Shown here: positions 10,100-21,438 of the stretch, piece by piece
Layout: the number at the start of each line of letters is the position of its first letter
How positions within the stretch are numbered: the stretch's first letter is position 1
Assembly: GCF_000009605.1 (NCBI RefSeq)
Contig: NC_002528.1
Coordinates: 608,682-640,681 of the forward strand
Direction: 5' to 3'
Length of the DNA: 32,000 nucleotides
Source of the DNA: Buchnera aphidicola str. APS (Acyrthosiphon pisum)
GTDB lineage: Bacteria > Pseudomonadota > Gammaproteobacteria > Enterobacterales > Enterobacteriaceae
Made by a program: the position numbers and the translations under genes
Notes under the pieces: model-generated
The model's database searches: none
Told to the model about the DNA's origin: nothing
What the model saw: only the letters and a program-made list of their open reading frames with translations

Positions 10100-10840
10100 A
10101 TGAAAATATATTTAAAATTCAAATCTTACAATAAAAGAATATGTAAATTACTTCAGTTATTTAAATTAGAACATGATCAAAACTGTTCGATGGGTTTGTT
10201 GATAAATCATAACTCATTAGAGTTATATAATCGTGACAATGTAAATCAAAAACCTATAAAAGTTGATTTTACTTCGAAAAAAAATCATTATCGTTGTCAT
10301 CATTTTCGTAGAAAAAATGAAGTTTTATATAGAGTTTCAGGAATAAAAAATTCTTATTTTCCTACCATATTAGATGCTACTGCCGGTTTAGGGAACGATG
10401 CTTTCATATTTTCTTTTTTAGGATGTAAAGTTATAATGATAGAACGTCATCCAATAGTTGCAGCTTTATTAAAAGATGGATTACAGAGGGGATATCAAGA
10501 TAAAAAAATAGGTCATTGGTTACAAACAAGATTGCATTTAATTGTCAATGATAGTTTAAAAATGTTAGAAATCCCTATTTTGCAACCAGATGTAATTTAT
10601 TTAGATCCTATGTATCCTTTTCATCATAAAAAATCTTTACCTAAAAAAGATATGCAATTTTTTAGACAACTTATAGGTCATAATTATGATTCTAAAAAAT
10701 TATTAGAAGTTTCTCGGAAATTAGCAAAAAATAGGATTATCGTAAAACGACCTTATTATGCAAAACCTTTATCTGAAGATAAAGTGAATCATATTGTTAC
10801 CACAAGAAATCATCGTTTTGATATATATCAACCTTTTTAA
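10100..10840 (+). CDS. rsmJ: 16S rRNA (guanine1516-N2)-methyltransferase
   Basis: VDFTSKKNHYRCHHFRRKNEVLYRVSGIK...ILDATAGLGNDAFIFSFLGCKVIMIERHP...DVIYLDPMYP; SAM-binding and DPMYP motifs of YhiQ/RsmJ. Confidence 0.95.
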   Translation: MKIYLKFKSYNKRICKLLQLFKLEHDQNCSMGLLINHNSLELYNRDNVNQKPIKVDFTSKKNHYRCHHFRRKNEVLYRVSGIKNSYFPTILDATAGLGNDAFIFSFLGCKVIMIERHPIVAALLKDGLQRGYQDKKIGHWLQTRLHLIVNDSLKMLEIPILQPDVIYLDPMYPFHHKKSLPKKDMQFFRQLIGHNYDSKKLLEVSRKLAKNRIIVKRPYYAKPLSEDKVNHIVTTRNHRFDIYQPF

Positions 10841-10846
10841 AAAATA

Positions 10847-10879
10847 ATAGGAGTACATTTCTTTAACACGTACTCCTAT
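10847..10879. terminator. bidirectional hairpin terminator between rsmJ and pit
   Basis: Perfect 10-bp inverted repeat ataggagtac (10847-10856) / gtactcctat (10870-10879). Confidence 0.65.
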
Positions 10880-10922
10880 CTAATCAAATAATTTTACAAA
10901 AAAATACTAAAAATCAATATTT

Positions 10923-12395
10923 TTATATTAAAAATAATGCAATCCAGTACAAAAAGCTAGATAATAGCATAGAAACCGGTAAAGTTAATATCCATGCTAA
11001 AGCAATATTTTTAATAGTTTTTGTTTGAATTCCATCACCATCGATTAACATAGTTCCTGCTACAGAAGATGAAAGAATATGTGTAGTAGAAACTGGTATA
11101 CCTGTATAACTTGCAATTCCAATAGAAAAAGAAGCTGTTATTTGAGCTGACATAGCTTGTGCATATGTCATTCTTTTTTTTCCTATTTTTTCACCAATAG
11201 TAACAACTATACGTTTCCAACCTATCATTGTTCCTATTGATAAAGATAGCGCAACGATTAATATAATCCACATAGGCGCGTACTCAATTGTTTTAAGTAT
11301 TACTTTTTTACTGTGTATCAGAAAACGTTTATCTTTGGAACAGATATCAGAAGAATTTACTTTTTTATCAATTGAATCAGAAATACATAATAAATAATGA
11401 CGCAATTGAAATCTTTTTTTAATGCTTAAATCGTTATAGTTAGATATATTTTTTAATAATAATTTAGTATTTTTAATATTTTTTATAGAATTGTAAGATT
11501 GAGATCTTACAACTAAATTATTGATTTCCTCTTTATTTTTTATAATATTTGATTTTTTTATATTTTTTTCTAAAAAATATTTTTCTAAATGATTAAGTGT
11601 ATGTTTTGTACAGTTTATTTCATATTTATTAGTATTTAAATTTACTAAGAAAGAAGAGGGTACAATTCCTATTAGTACAAGCATTATTAATCCAATGCCT
11701 TTTTGCCCATCATTTGCACCATGAGCATAACTTACACCAATAGATGAAAGAATTAATGCCATTCTAATTAGAAATGGTGGTATTTTTTTACCATCTTTTT
11801 CTTTACGCTCTAATGGTGTCATATGAATGCGATAAAAAATTTTATTATTATTTAGATAATATCGTAGTAAAAATATTAAACTACCAGCTATTATGAGCCC
11901 AATAATAGGAGAAAAAACAAGCGATAAAAAAACACTTGTCATTTTAGGAATGTTGAATGCATCTACTAAAGACGAATCTGTAACGAAGGCATTAGTTAAA
12001 CCTATTCCGATAATTGCTCCAATAAGGGAATGTGAACTTGAAGCAGGTAAACAAAAATACCATGTAGATAGATTCCAAATTATAGCTGCTAATAACATTG
12101 AAAATACCATAGCAAGGGCATTTTTTGAAGTAGCATTTAACAATAAATCATTTGGTAATAAATGTACAATGGTATAAGCAACAGTTAAACCACCTAGTAA
12201 AACACCTAAAAAATTAAATATACCTGACATGATAACTGCAACATGTGCAGACATTGCTCGAGTATATATTAAAGTTGATACCGCATTTGCTGTATCATGA
12301 AAACCATTGATGGCTTCATAAAATAACACAAAAAATAGAGCTAAAAAAACTAATAAACTATGATTCAAATCAGAATAAGAAAATAAATGTAGCAT
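10923..12395 (-). CDS. pit: low-affinity inorganic phosphate transporter (Pit family)
   Basis: [26 protein letters not shown]...[21 protein letters not shown]; PHO4/Pit signature motifs; 490 aa, polytopic. Confidence 0.96.
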   Translation of the reverse strand: MLHLFSYSDLNHSLLVFLALFFVLFYEAINGFHDTANAVSTLIYTRAMSAHVAVIMSGIFNFLGVLLGGLTVAYTIVHLLPNDLLLNATSKNALAMVFSMLLAAIIWNLSTWYFCLPASSSHSLIGAIIGIGLTNAFVTDSSLVDAFNIPKMTSVFLSLVFSPIIGLIIAGSLIFLLRYYLNNNKIFYRIHMTPLERKEKDGKKIPPFLIRMALILSSIGVSYAHGANDGQKGIGLIMLVLIGIVPSSFLVNLNTNKYEINCTKHTLNHLEKYFLEKNIKKSNIIKNKEEINNLVVRSQSYNSIKNIKNTKLLLKNISNYNDLSIKKRFQLRHYLLCISDSIDKKVNSSDICSKDKRFLIHSKKVILKTIEYAPMWIILIVALSLSIGTMIGWKRIVVTIGEKIGKKRMTYAQAMSAQITASFSIGIASYTGIPVSTTHILSSSVAGTMLIDGDGIQTKTIKNIALAWILTLPVSMLLSSFLYWIALFLI

Positions 12396-12545
12396 AATCT
12401 TTAAGCCATTTTGATGAATTGAACTAAGTTTATTATCTGTGAGAAACTATGTTTGAGGAAAGTAAAATATCAAATTTATTTTACATAAAACTTTATAGAA
12501 TATAAATGTATCGATTTTAGTCGTAATAGTATTTTTATAAAAAAA

Positions 12546-13778
12546 TTAAAAATATTTATTTTTAAAATTTTTTTGTTTTAATTTAAAAGATAAAAAAACT
12601 CCAAAAAATAACATTGTTATAATAAAAACAGAAATTCCAAGCCACTGCATATGAAACCAAAAAAAACCACCAAATGTACCAAATACACTGGAACCAAGAT
12701 AATAAAAAAATAGATATAAAGATGTAGCTTGAATTTTAGCAATATTCGAATATGAACCAACCCAACTACTAGCTGTAGAATGCGATGCAAAAAAACCACC
12801 TGAAAATATTATTAATCCTAAGATTATTATAAATAGTTGATTATACTGTGTAATAAACAAACCTATTATCATCAACATTAATGACACAATAAGAATATTA
12901 TTGCGATTATATTTATTAATCAGAACACCAGCTTTAGGTGAACTATATACTCCAGTTAAATAAATAGTAGATAGCAATCCTATGCTGGATTGACAAAGAA
13001 AAAATGGTTCTAACATCAAACGATAACCAATATAATTAAAAATAGTAACAAAACTGCCCATTAATATAAAACCTATGATAAACAAAAAAAATAGTACTCT
13101 ATTTTTTAATTGTAAATAAAAACGATGTAAACATTTATGAAAATTAATAGAAACAGATAAAAAATTTTTAGAAGGGGGTAAAAAATATAAAAAAAAACAA
13201 GATGATATAAAAGAAAATAAACCAATTACCATTAAGGAAATGCTCCAAGAGAATTTTTCGGCTAAAATACTACTTAAGAGTCTTCCTAAAAAACCACCTA
13301 TTGTATTTCCACTAATATACAAACCCATACAAAAAGACAAAGAATTAGGGTGTATTTCTTCACTAATATAGGTCATAGCAACAGCAACAACACCACTTAG
13401 TGCTAAACCTGTCAATGCTCGTAGTAAAACAATACTTATCCAACTAGTCATCATTGAACATATCATAGTTAACATTGCTGCTATAAATAAAGAAGTAGAC
13501 ATAATTGATTTTCTACCAATTATATCAGATAATGGTCCTGTAAATAGCATGCCTAAAGACATGGTTATAGTCGCAGCGGACAGAGCTAAACTACTTTCTG
13601 CCGGAGTCAAATAAAATTGTTTGGAAAACATTGGTAAAATTGATTGTACACAATATAAGATCGAAAAAGTAGCAAAACCACCAGAAAAAAGAGCTAAAAT
13701 TACTTGATTAAATTTTTTTGTGTTTTTTTTTATATATTGTTTTTCTAATAATTGTTTTTTATTTTTTAATAAAGTCAA
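12546..13778 (-). CDS. ynfM: major facilitator superfamily transporter, YnfM-like
   Basis: ALFSGGFATFSILYCVQSILPMFSKQFYLTPAESSLALS...MLFTGPLSDIIGRKSIM...GLYISGNTIGG...SLYLFFYYLGSSVFGTFGG; extended similarity to E. coli YnfM. Confidence 0.9.
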   Translation of the reverse strand: MTLLKNKKQLLEKQYIKKNTKKFNQVILALFSGGFATFSILYCVQSILPMFSKQFYLTPAESSLALSAATITMSLGMLFTGPLSDIIGRKSIMSTSLFIAAMLTMICSMMTSWISIVLLRALTGLALSGVVAVAMTYISEEIHPNSLSFCMGLYISGNTIGGFLGRLLSSILAEKFSWSISLMVIGLFSFISSCFFLYFLPPSKNFLSVSINFHKCLHRFYLQLKNRVLFFLFIIGFILMGSFVTIFNYIGYRLMLEPFFLCQSSIGLLSTIYLTGVYSSPKAGVLINKYNRNNILIVSLMLMIIGLFITQYNQLFIIILGLIIFSGGFFASHSTASSWVGSYSNIAKIQATSLYLFFYYLGSSVFGTFGGFFWFHMQWLGISVFIITMLFFGVFLSFKLKQKNFKNKYF

Positions 13779-13811
13779 AATATAGCCTCTTTGTAAGTAA
13801 AAAAATAGTTT

Positions 13812-14666
13812 TTATATATATATATAACCATCATAGACATGTTTTGCAGGTCCTACCATATAAAGAGGAGTTCCAAAACCTTTCCAAATTATAATCAGCT
13901 TTCCACCCAATAATTCGACATGAACAGTGTCAGAAAGTAATTTTTGCGCAATACCTACTGCAACTGCAGCACAAGCCGCACTACCACAAGCTTTTGTTTC
14001 ACCCACATTACGTTCATACACTCTCAATTTAATATGTTTTTTATTTAAAATTTCCATAAAACTTACGTTAACACCTTCTGGAAATATAGGATTTTTTTCT
14101 ATACTATCGCCGATAATATTAACAGGAGCATTTTTAACAGATTGTACTTTAATAATACAATGAGGATTTCCAATAGATACTAGATTACAGATCAAATTTT
14201 CATTCATAAGTTTTATTGAAAAATTATTATCTAAAACATTTTGTAATGAAGATAAATTATAAAATTTAAAATCAGGTTCATTCATGTTTACTTTGATCAT
14301 ATTTTCAGTTAAAAATTCAATAGTTAAAGGTTTTTTTTTAGTACTAATTAAAATTTTCTTTTTATTAGTCAAACCTTTAAGCAATAGAAATAGACCAAAG
14401 CACCGAGCACCATTTCCACACTGTTCAACTTCATTGCCATTTGCATTAAAAATTCGATAATGAAAATCAGTTAGAAGAGAATTTGATTTTTCTACAAGTA
14501 ATAATTGATCAAAACCAATGCCGGTATATCGATTAGATAATTTTTTTATTATATGTGATGTTAAAAAGACATTTTTTTTAATGCAATTGATAACCATAAA
14601 ATCATTCTTCAATCCATGCATCTTAGAAAAATTGATTTTTTTTTTATTTTTATAGTATGAATCCAT
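13812..14666 (-). CDS. dapF: diaminopimelate epimerase
   Basis: [56 protein letters not shown]. Start at 14666 preferred over 14729 because GAGG lies just upstream and it matches the E. coli N-terminus better. Confidence 0.96.
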   Translation of the reverse strand: MDSYYKNKKKINFSKMHGLKNDFMVINCIKKNVFLTSHIIKKLSNRYTGIGFDQLLLVEKSNSLLTDFHYRIFNANGNEVEQCGNGARCFGLFLLLKGLTNKKKILISTKKKPLTIEFLTENMIKVNMNEPDFKFYNLSSLQNVLDNNFSIKLMNENLICNLVSIGNPHCIIKVQSVKNAPVNIIGDSIEKNPIFPEGVNVSFMEILNKKHIKLRVYERNVGETKACGSAACAAVAVGIAQKLLSDTVHVELLGGKLIIIWKGFGTPLYMVGPAKHVYDGYIYI

Positions 14667-14853
14667 TTTTTCCTCAAAATAATAATTAGATTGTTTTTTT
14701 TGAAAATATTTATTCGTAAATACTAACATTTTAATAATGAAATCTCATATTTTAATTTAATTAAAATAATAAGATGATATTTTTTATATAAATTTGATTA
14801 TTTTTATTTTTTATAATTTGTTATAATTAAAAATTAAATCAAGGACTCGTTTC

Positions 14854-15204
14854 ATGAAAAAAAAATTAAACACCAAAAAAGAGAATAACAACTTTTATAT
14901 ATTAGTAAATGATTTGTTTTTAAAAATAGAAGATAATTTAAATTTGTATGAAAATGAAATCGATATTGATTATGAAATTCAAGACTATGTCATGACGATT
15001 ACTTTTTCAAATAAAACTTTAATTATAATTAACAAACAAGAACCATTACAGCAAATTTGGCTAGCAACAATGCAAAATGGGTATCATTTTGATTATAAAA
15101 ATAATCAATGGATTTGTAATCGTAGTAATAAAAATTTTTGGGAGATATTTGAAAACGCATGTTCTATTCAATCAAATAAAGATTTAATTTTTTGTAAAAA
15201 ATAA
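14854..15204 (+). CDS. cyaY: iron-sulfur cluster assembly protein CyaY (frataxin homologue)
   Basis: Small acidic protein with [47 protein letters not shown]; next to dapF. Confidence 0.9.
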   Translation: MKKKLNTKKENNNFYILVNDLFLKIEDNLNLYENEIDIDYEIQDYVMTITFSNKTLIIINKQEPLQQIWLATMQNGYHFDYKNNQWICNRSNKNFWEIFENACSIQSNKDLIFCKK

Positions 15205-15332
15205 TATATATTAAATCCAAAAAAATATATATAAACATCAAAAAAGATAATTTTTTGTGTCTTTTAAAAATAAAAAATATTTTTATTTAATAAAATTATA
15301 AAAAATGCATCTATATTAATACGAATCCCAAT

Positions 15333-16277
15333 ATGTACAATAAAACATTGAGAATTGCTACCAGAAAAAGTCCTTTAGCTTTGAAACAAACTAAATACGT
15401 TCAAAAAAAAATACTATCTTTATATCCAGACTTAAATATCAAATTAGTTCCTATTGTTACTCATGGAGATAATATTTTAAATAAATCTCTTTCAAAAATT
15501 GGAGGAAAAGGCTTATTTATTAAAGAACTAGAACTTGCTTTACTTGAAAATAAAGCAGATATTGCTATTCATTCAATGAAAGATCTTCCGGTAAAAATTA
15601 CAAAAGAATTATGTTTAGTTAGTATATGCAAAAGAGGAAATGCCTTAGATTCACTAGTATCTAATAATTATCAATCAATTAATCAGCTGCCCAAAGGTGC
15701 TATAGTCGGTACGTCTAGTTTAAGAAGACAATGTCAATTAATTACTTATCGACCAGATTTAATTATTTCTCCTTTAAGAGGTAATATAGAAACTAGGATA
15801 GCAAAATTAGATCAAGGAAAATATGATGCAATTATTTTAGCTACTGAAGGATTAAACAGATTAAGATTAAAAAATAGAATTACTCAGATCATACCTGCCG
15901 AATTATCTCTTCCTTCATGTGGACAAGGTGCAATTGGAATTCAATCCAGATTGCATGATAAAAAAGTATTATTTTTTTTGTCTCGTCTTAATCATATAAA
16001 TACTTTTATTGAAATAAATGCAGAAAGAGCTTTTTGTAGAAAACTAGAATCAGGATGTCAGATTCCCATTGGAAGTTATGCTATTTTGAAAAAAAATAAA
16101 ATTTGGTTAAGAGGATTGGTGGGATCACCTAATGGCAAGATTATATTAAAAGGAGAACGAATAGGTTGTTATAATACAGGAGAAAAAATGGGGTATTCAT
16201 TAGCAGATGAGCTGCTTAAAAATGGAGCTAAAAATATTCTTAATAATCTTCATATTAAACAATCTTATTGTATATGA
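15333..16277 (+). CDS. hemC: porphobilinogen deaminase
   Basis: [71 protein letters not shown]; 314 aa. Confidence 0.98.
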
Positions 16278-17031
16278 AAATACTAGTAATACGACCTTCT
16301 CCTACAGGAGAGGAATTAGTATATAATTTAAATAAAATTGGTATATCTTCTTGGCATTTTTCTTTATTTGATTTTTATCCAAGTTTTAGTCCAATTAGTT
16401 TATCAAAAAAAATTAATGAACTATATCAATCCAAAGTTATTCTCGTTTTTTCTAAAAAGGCTATCTATTATACAAATTTATATTTAAAAAGTAATAATTT
16501 ACAATGGCCTCTTCATGCAAAATATTATGCAATTGGAAAAAGCACTGCTCTTTTTCTTTTTAATTATATTAAAAAAAAATTATTTTTCCTAAAAAAAAAG
16601 AAAACAGTGAGAATTTATTGAAAATAATCAATAAAGACAAAATAAAAAATAATAGAATAATTTTATTACAAGGGGAAAATGGACGAAAATTAATAAAAAG
16701 AAGATTAGAAAAAGAAGGATTTAAAATTTGTCTAATTGAATGTTATAAAAGAGTCTTCAAAATTTTAGATACTAATATGGAGGTAAAAAAATGGCGTTCA
16801 TATAAAATAGATACTTTAGTAGTAACAAATAGCGAATCTTTACATCAGTTAAAAAATATTATTTCTAGTACTAATCAGATTCAATGGTTATTCGGATGCA
16901 GGATTTTTGTTGTCGGTAAAAGATTGTTTCGTATAGCAAAAAAATTAGGATGGAATGATGTAATAGTTTCAAAATATGCTAATAATGATTCTTTTATCAA
17001 AAAAATAAAAGAAACGAATTTTAAAAATTAA
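16274..17031 (+). pseudogene. hemD: uroporphyrinogen-III synthase, split into two frames at an A9 tract (16571-16579); function possibly rescued by slippage
   Basis: First part [29 protein letters not shown]; second frame PKKKENSENLLKIINKDKIKNNRIILLQGENGRKLI aligns with E. coli HemD [36 protein letters not shown]. Adding one A restores a continuous frame. ATG at 16274 overlaps the hemC TGA. Confidence 0.9.
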
Positions 17032-17036
17032 TTTTT

Positions 17037-17113
17037 TGGTCGGCGAAAGAGGATTTGAACCTCTGACCTACTGGTCCCAAACCAGTTGCGCTACCAAGCT
17101 GCGCTATTCGCCG
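17037..17113 (-). tRNA. tRNA-Pro(TGG), CCA encoded
   Basis: Minus strand CGGCGAATAGCGCAGCTTGGTAGCGCAACTGGTTTGGGACCAGTAGGTCAGAGGTTCAAATCCTCTTTCGCCGACCA. Confidence 0.96.
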
Positions 17114-17149
17114 TTTTCAAATAAAAAAATATAATTTTCTTATTTTTTT

Positions 17150-17226
17150 TGGGGTGGCTAATGGGACTTGAACCCATGACCACTGGAATCACAATCCAGC
17201 ACTCTACCAACTGAGCTATAGCCACC
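17150..17226 (-). tRNA. tRNA-His(GTG), CCA encoded, G-1 encoded
   Basis: Minus strand GGTGGCTATAGCTCAGTTGGTAGAGTGCTGGATTGTGATTCCAGTGGTCATGGGTTCAAGTCCCATTAGCCACCCCA. Confidence 0.96.
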
Positions 17227-17254
17227 AATAATTTAAAAATTTTTTTATAAAAAA

Positions 17255-17328
17255 TGCGCTCGACAGGATTTGAACCTGATACCTCTACCTTCGGAGGGTA
17301 GCGCTCTATCCAACTGAGCTACGAGCGC
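17255..17328 (-). tRNA. tRNA-Arg(CCG), CCA not encoded
   Basis: Minus strand GCGCTCGTAGCTCAGTTGGATAGAGCGCTACCCTCCGAAGGTAGAGGTATCAGGTTCAAATCCTGTCGAGCGCA followed by TTTT rather than CCA. Confidence 0.95.
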
Positions 17329-17514
17329 ATCAATATGAAACAAATTAGATTTTAAAATTAATAATCCTAATTGTCCAGCTTTTTTTAGGAAATTTATATA
17401 TAATAAATATTATTCATCATTTTATTATGAAACACTTTATTTTTTTAAAATAAAATATTTCTTAAAAAAATAAATTATTTTTTATTAGATATAAATATGA
17501 AAATTTTTTAAAAT

Positions 17515-18774
17515 TTAAGAGCGTTTCATCATATCAAAAAATTCATCATTTGTTTTGGTCATTGCAAGTTTATTAAGCAAAAATTCCATTGCATCTATTT
17601 CACTCATAGGATGAATAATTTTTCTTAAAATCCACATTTTTTGTAGTTCATCTGGCAAAGTTAATAATTCTTCTTTTCTAGTACCAGATCGATTATAATC
17701 AATAGCTGGAAAAACACGCTTTTCTGCAATTTTCCTAGATAATGGAAGCTCCATATTGCCTGTTCCTTTAAACTCTTCGTATATTACCTCATCCATTTTA
17801 GAACCAGTATCAACTAATGCAGTTGCAATGATTGTCAAACTTCCTCCTTCTTCCACATTACGCGCAGCACCAAAAAATCGCTTGGGTCTATGTAAAGCAT
17901 TTGCATCTACTCCTCCAGTTAATACTTTTCCTGATGCAGGTACTACTGTATTATAGGCTCTTGCTAAACGAGTAATAGAATCAAGTAAAATTATTACATC
18001 TTTTTTATGTTCTACTAATCTTTTTGCTTTTTCAATAACCATTTCAGCCACTTGAACATGTCTTGATGCAGGTTCGTCAAAAGTAGAGGCAACTACTTCT
18101 CCTTTAACTAATCTTTGCATTTCAGTAACTTCTTCTGGTCTTTCATCAATCAATAATACCATTAAAACGCAATCTGGATGATTATAAGCAATACTTTGTG
18201 CTATATTTTGCAGTAATATTGTTTTTCCTGCCTTTGGCGGAGCTACAATTAATCCTCTTTGTCCACGTCCGATTGGTGATGCTAAATCTAATACTCTTGC
18301 GGTTAAATCTTCGGTTGATCCGTTTCCACGTTCCATTCGTAGTCTAGAATTGGCATGTAATGGTGTTAAATTTTCAAATAATATTTTGCTTCTTGCATTT
18401 TCAGGTTTATCATAATTTACTTCGTTTACTTTAAGTAGAGCAAAATATCTTTCGCCTTCTTTAGGGGGTCTTATTTTTCCAGCAATAGTATCACCTGTAC
18501 GTAGATTAAATCTACGAATCTGACTCGGTGAAACATAAATATCATCAGGACCAGCTAAATAAGAGCTATCTGCAGAACGTAGAAAGCCAAATCCATCTTG
18601 TAGTATTTCTAAAACACCGTCGCCAAATATATCTTCTCCACTTTTTGCATGTTGTTTAAGGATGGCAAAAATAATATCTTGTTTACGCATACGCGCTAAA
18701 TTTTCCAACCCCATTTTTTCACCAAGAGTAATTAATTCAGACACTGGCATATTTTTAAGTGCGGTAAGATTCAT
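17515..18774 (-). CDS. rho: transcription termination factor Rho
   Basis: [67 protein letters not shown]; [12 protein letters not shown]; 419 aa. Confidence 0.99.
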   Translation of the reverse strand: MNLTALKNMPVSELITLGEKMGLENLARMRKQDIIFAILKQHAKSGEDIFGDGVLEILQDGFGFLRSADSSYLAGPDDIYVSPSQIRRFNLRTGDTIAGKIRPPKEGERYFALLKVNEVNYDKPENARSKILFENLTPLHANSRLRMERGNGSTEDLTARVLDLASPIGRGQRGLIVAPPKAGKTILLQNIAQSIAYNHPDCVLMVLLIDERPEEVTEMQRLVKGEVVASTFDEPASRHVQVAEMVIEKAKRLVEHKKDVIILLDSITRLARAYNTVVPASGKVLTGGVDANALHRPKRFFGAARNVEEGGSLTIIATALVDTGSKMDEVIYEEFKGTGNMELPLSRKIAEKRVFPAIDYNRSGTRKEELLTLPDELQKMWILRKIIHPMSEIDAMEFLLNKLAMTKTNDEFFDMMKRS

Positions 18775-18903
18775 AATGGTGGGTTCTTAGTAAAATCGGG
18801 GTATATCTCAAAATAAAAATTATGATATAATTTTAAAATTTATTGAAAAATTTTAAATAAAATGAAATTTTTGATGTATCTAATTAACTGATTTCAATGA
18901 TTT

Positions 18904-19230
18904 TCAGTTAATATTTTCATCTAAAAATTCTTTAAGTTCTAGTTTGGAAACTGCACCTACTTTAGTTGCAAGTACTTCGCTATTATTAAATAACAATAGT
19001 GTGGGGATACTTCTAATAGAATATACTGGAGCAGTATTTGGATTCTCTTCAATATTTAATTTTCCAACAATAACTTTATTAGAATATTCTTTTGATATTT
19101 CTTCTAAAATAGGCGCTAAAATTTTACAAGGATTGCACCATTGAGCCCAAAAATCAACTAAAAAAAAACTTTTTGAGTTTAAAACTTGTTCTTCAAAATT
19201 TTGGTCAGTTAGTTCGATTATTTTATTCAT
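18904..19230 (-). CDS. trxA: thioredoxin
   Basis: [24 protein letters not shown] and [11 protein letters not shown]. The active site reads WCNPC instead of the canonical WCGPC. Confidence 0.95.
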
Positions 19231-19431
19231 TTTAATGTATTTGCTCGATCGTAAGAAATGTTAAATAAATAAAATTTAAATTTTTGTAATTTAAAAGTGT
19301 ATTCCAAGATAATATCATTTTTAATAATTTTTTAAAACTAAATTTAAAAAAATTTTATTTAAAATTATTTTTTTAATATTTGTTTTAAATTATATATTTT
19401 CAATTTTATATCTTCTTTTTTTTAGATGAAT

Positions 19432-21369
19432 CTAAAAAATTTTTTTCTCCCATTTTAAATCTTCTTGAGGTAGTTCAAATAAAAATCTACTAGGAAGCAT
19501 ATCTAAAATTTGACCATATTGAGTGCGTTTGTAACAATAAGTAAAAAACAATTGTTTTTTTGCTCGAGTAATTCCAACATAAGTTAATCTTCGTTCTTCT
19601 TCGATATTATCATTATCGATACTTTTTTGATTAGGTAAAATTCCCTCACACATGCCAATGATAAATACTGCAGGAAATTCCAATCCTTTAGAAGCATGTA
19701 AAGTCATTAATTGTACTCGATCTTGTTGTTCTTTTATAATATTATCATCTAAAATATCACGGATTGTCATCCGTGTAACAATTTGAAATAAAGTCATTGG
19801 TTTTTCAAAATCATCTCCTTTAATCATATTTTTAAACCATTGTGATAATGTATGAACATTATTTATACTATTTTTAATTTTATTAGGATCTTTTAAAAAT
19901 TTAGATAACCATTTTTCATACTCAAGATCATCAACAATATCATCTATAATATTAGATGGTTTCAAACAAGACCACGCAGTGAATTTTTCTATTTTAGAGA
20001 TAAAATTTTTAATTTTTTTTATAGTATTTTCATTTAAAAATTTTTTTATTTCTATATTATTACTAGCTTGAAAAAGACTTACATGTTTTTTATTAGCCCA
20101 TTCTTCTAATTTTTTTAATGTTGTTTTTCCTATTTGACGTGAAGGGATATTTACAATTCTCATAAATGCGTGATTGTCGTCTCGATTAATAACAACACGA
20201 AGATAACTTAATAAATCTTTGATTTCAGGACGTGAAAAAAATGAGGATTTTTCAGAAATATTATATGGTATATTTTCTTTTATTAAAGCTTTTTCAAGAA
20301 TTCTAGATTGATAATTTCCACGATATAAAATAGCAAAATCTCGGTATTTTATTTTTTTTTTAGCATATTGAGATATAATTTTTTTAACTATTTTTTGAGC
20401 TTCATTTTCTTCATTTTTACCTATTAATACTTTTATTAAATTTCCATATTTAAGTTGTGAAAATAGTTTTTTTTCTAAATAATGTATATTATTTGCAATA
20501 AGACTATTCGCAGCTTTTAATATTCTTCCTGAAGATCGATAATTATGTTCCATTTTGATAATTTTTAAATTAGGAAAATCTTTTTTTAATAAAAAAATAT
20601 TTTGAGGATTTGCTCCTCTCCATGAATAAATAGACTGATCATCATCACCGACTAAAGTAAAATCAGAATTTTTATTAGCAAGCATTTTAATAAGTTCGTA
20701 TTGACTATTGTTTGTGTCTTGATATTCATCCACTAATAAATAAGAGATCTTTTTTTGCCAACGTATTTTTATTTTTTTGTTGTTTTTTAATAATAATGTT
20801 GGCATGCAAATCAAATCATCGAAATCTAATATATTAGCTTTATAAAGATAATTAGTATATTGTTCATAAACATATGCAAAATCTTTTTCTTGACTAGATT
20901 TTGCTAATAATTGAACTTGTAAAGGAGTAAGAAATTTATTTTTCCAATAAGAAATCATAAAATTTAATTTTTTTAATAATTGAATATTGTTTTTGATTTC
21001 TTTTTTACATATTTTTTTTAATAAAAGTATTTGATCTTTTTCATCTAATAAAGTGAAATTGTTGTTTAATTCTAACGCATCAATTTCTTTTTTAATAATT
21101 TCAAGTCCTAATGAGTGAAAAGTAGAAATAATTATTTTTTTTATTTCTGGAATATTTAAATATTTCGAAAGACGTATTCTCATTTCATAGGCAGCTTTAT
21201 TAGTAAAAGTTACTGCGGCAATATTATCAGGTTCATATTGGCAATGATTAATTAAATAAATAATTTTATTAATAATAACTTTTGTTTTTCCAGAACCGGC
21301 CCCTGCTAGTATTAGACAGGGCCCATTAGTGAGTTCAACAGCATTTTTTTGAGAAAAATTTAGAGACAT
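19432..21369 (-). CDS. rep: ATP-dependent DNA helicase Rep
   Basis: LNFSQKNAVELTNGPCLILAGAGSGKTKVIINKI, LLVDEYQDTNNSQYEL, VGDDDQSIYSWRGANPQNI, LMTLHASKGLEFPAVFIIGMCEG; SF1 helicase motifs. Confidence 0.96.
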   Translation of the reverse strand: MSLNFSQKNAVELTNGPCLILAGAGSGKTKVIINKIIYLINHCQYEPDNIAAVTFTNKAAYEMRIRLSKYLNIPEIKKIIISTFHSLGLEIIKKEIDALELNNNFTLLDEKDQILLLKKICKKEIKNNIQLLKKLNFMISYWKNKFLTPLQVQLLAKSSQEKDFAYVYEQYTNYLYKANILDFDDLICMPTLLLKNNKKIKIRWQKKISYLLVDEYQDTNNSQYELIKMLANKNSDFTLVGDDDQSIYSWRGANPQNIFLLKKDFPNLKIIKMEHNYRSSGRILKAANSLIANNIHYLEKKLFSQLKYGNLIKVLIGKNEENEAQKIVKKIISQYAKKKIKYRDFAILYRGNYQSRILEKALIKENIPYNISEKSSFFSRPEIKDLLSYLRVVINRDDNHAFMRIVNIPSRQIGKTTLKKLEEWANKKHVSLFQASNNIEIKKFLNENTIKKIKNFISKIEKFTAWSCLKPSNIIDDIVDDLEYEKWLSKFLKDPNKIKNSINNVHTLSQWFKNMIKGDDFEKPMTLFQIVTRMTIRDILDDNIIKEQQDRVQLMTLHASKGLEFPAVFIIGMCEGILPNQKSIDNDNIEEERRLTYVGITRAKKQLFFTYCYKRTQYGQILDMLPSRFLFELPQEDLKWEKKIF

Positions 21370-21438
21370 AAAATATTAATATTTAATAGATGAATTGTAT
21401 TGTTTAATTTATAAATAGAAACTTATATATTTTAATTT

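Noticed and set aside
11893-12177. 94-aa plus-strand ORF inside pit
   Set aside because: Antisense shadow ORF of a conserved membrane protein gene.
12617-12799. 60-aa plus-strand ORF inside the ynfM-like gene
   Set aside because: Antisense shadow of a transporter; non-ATG start and low-complexity sequence.
13927-14163. 78-aa plus-strand ORF inside dapF
   Set aside because: Antisense shadow ORF of a conserved gene.
17756-17956. 66-aa plus-strand ORF inside rho
   Set aside because: Antisense to conserved rho; no independent evidence.
18944-19144. 66-aa plus-strand ORF inside trxA
   Set aside because: Antisense shadow ORF.
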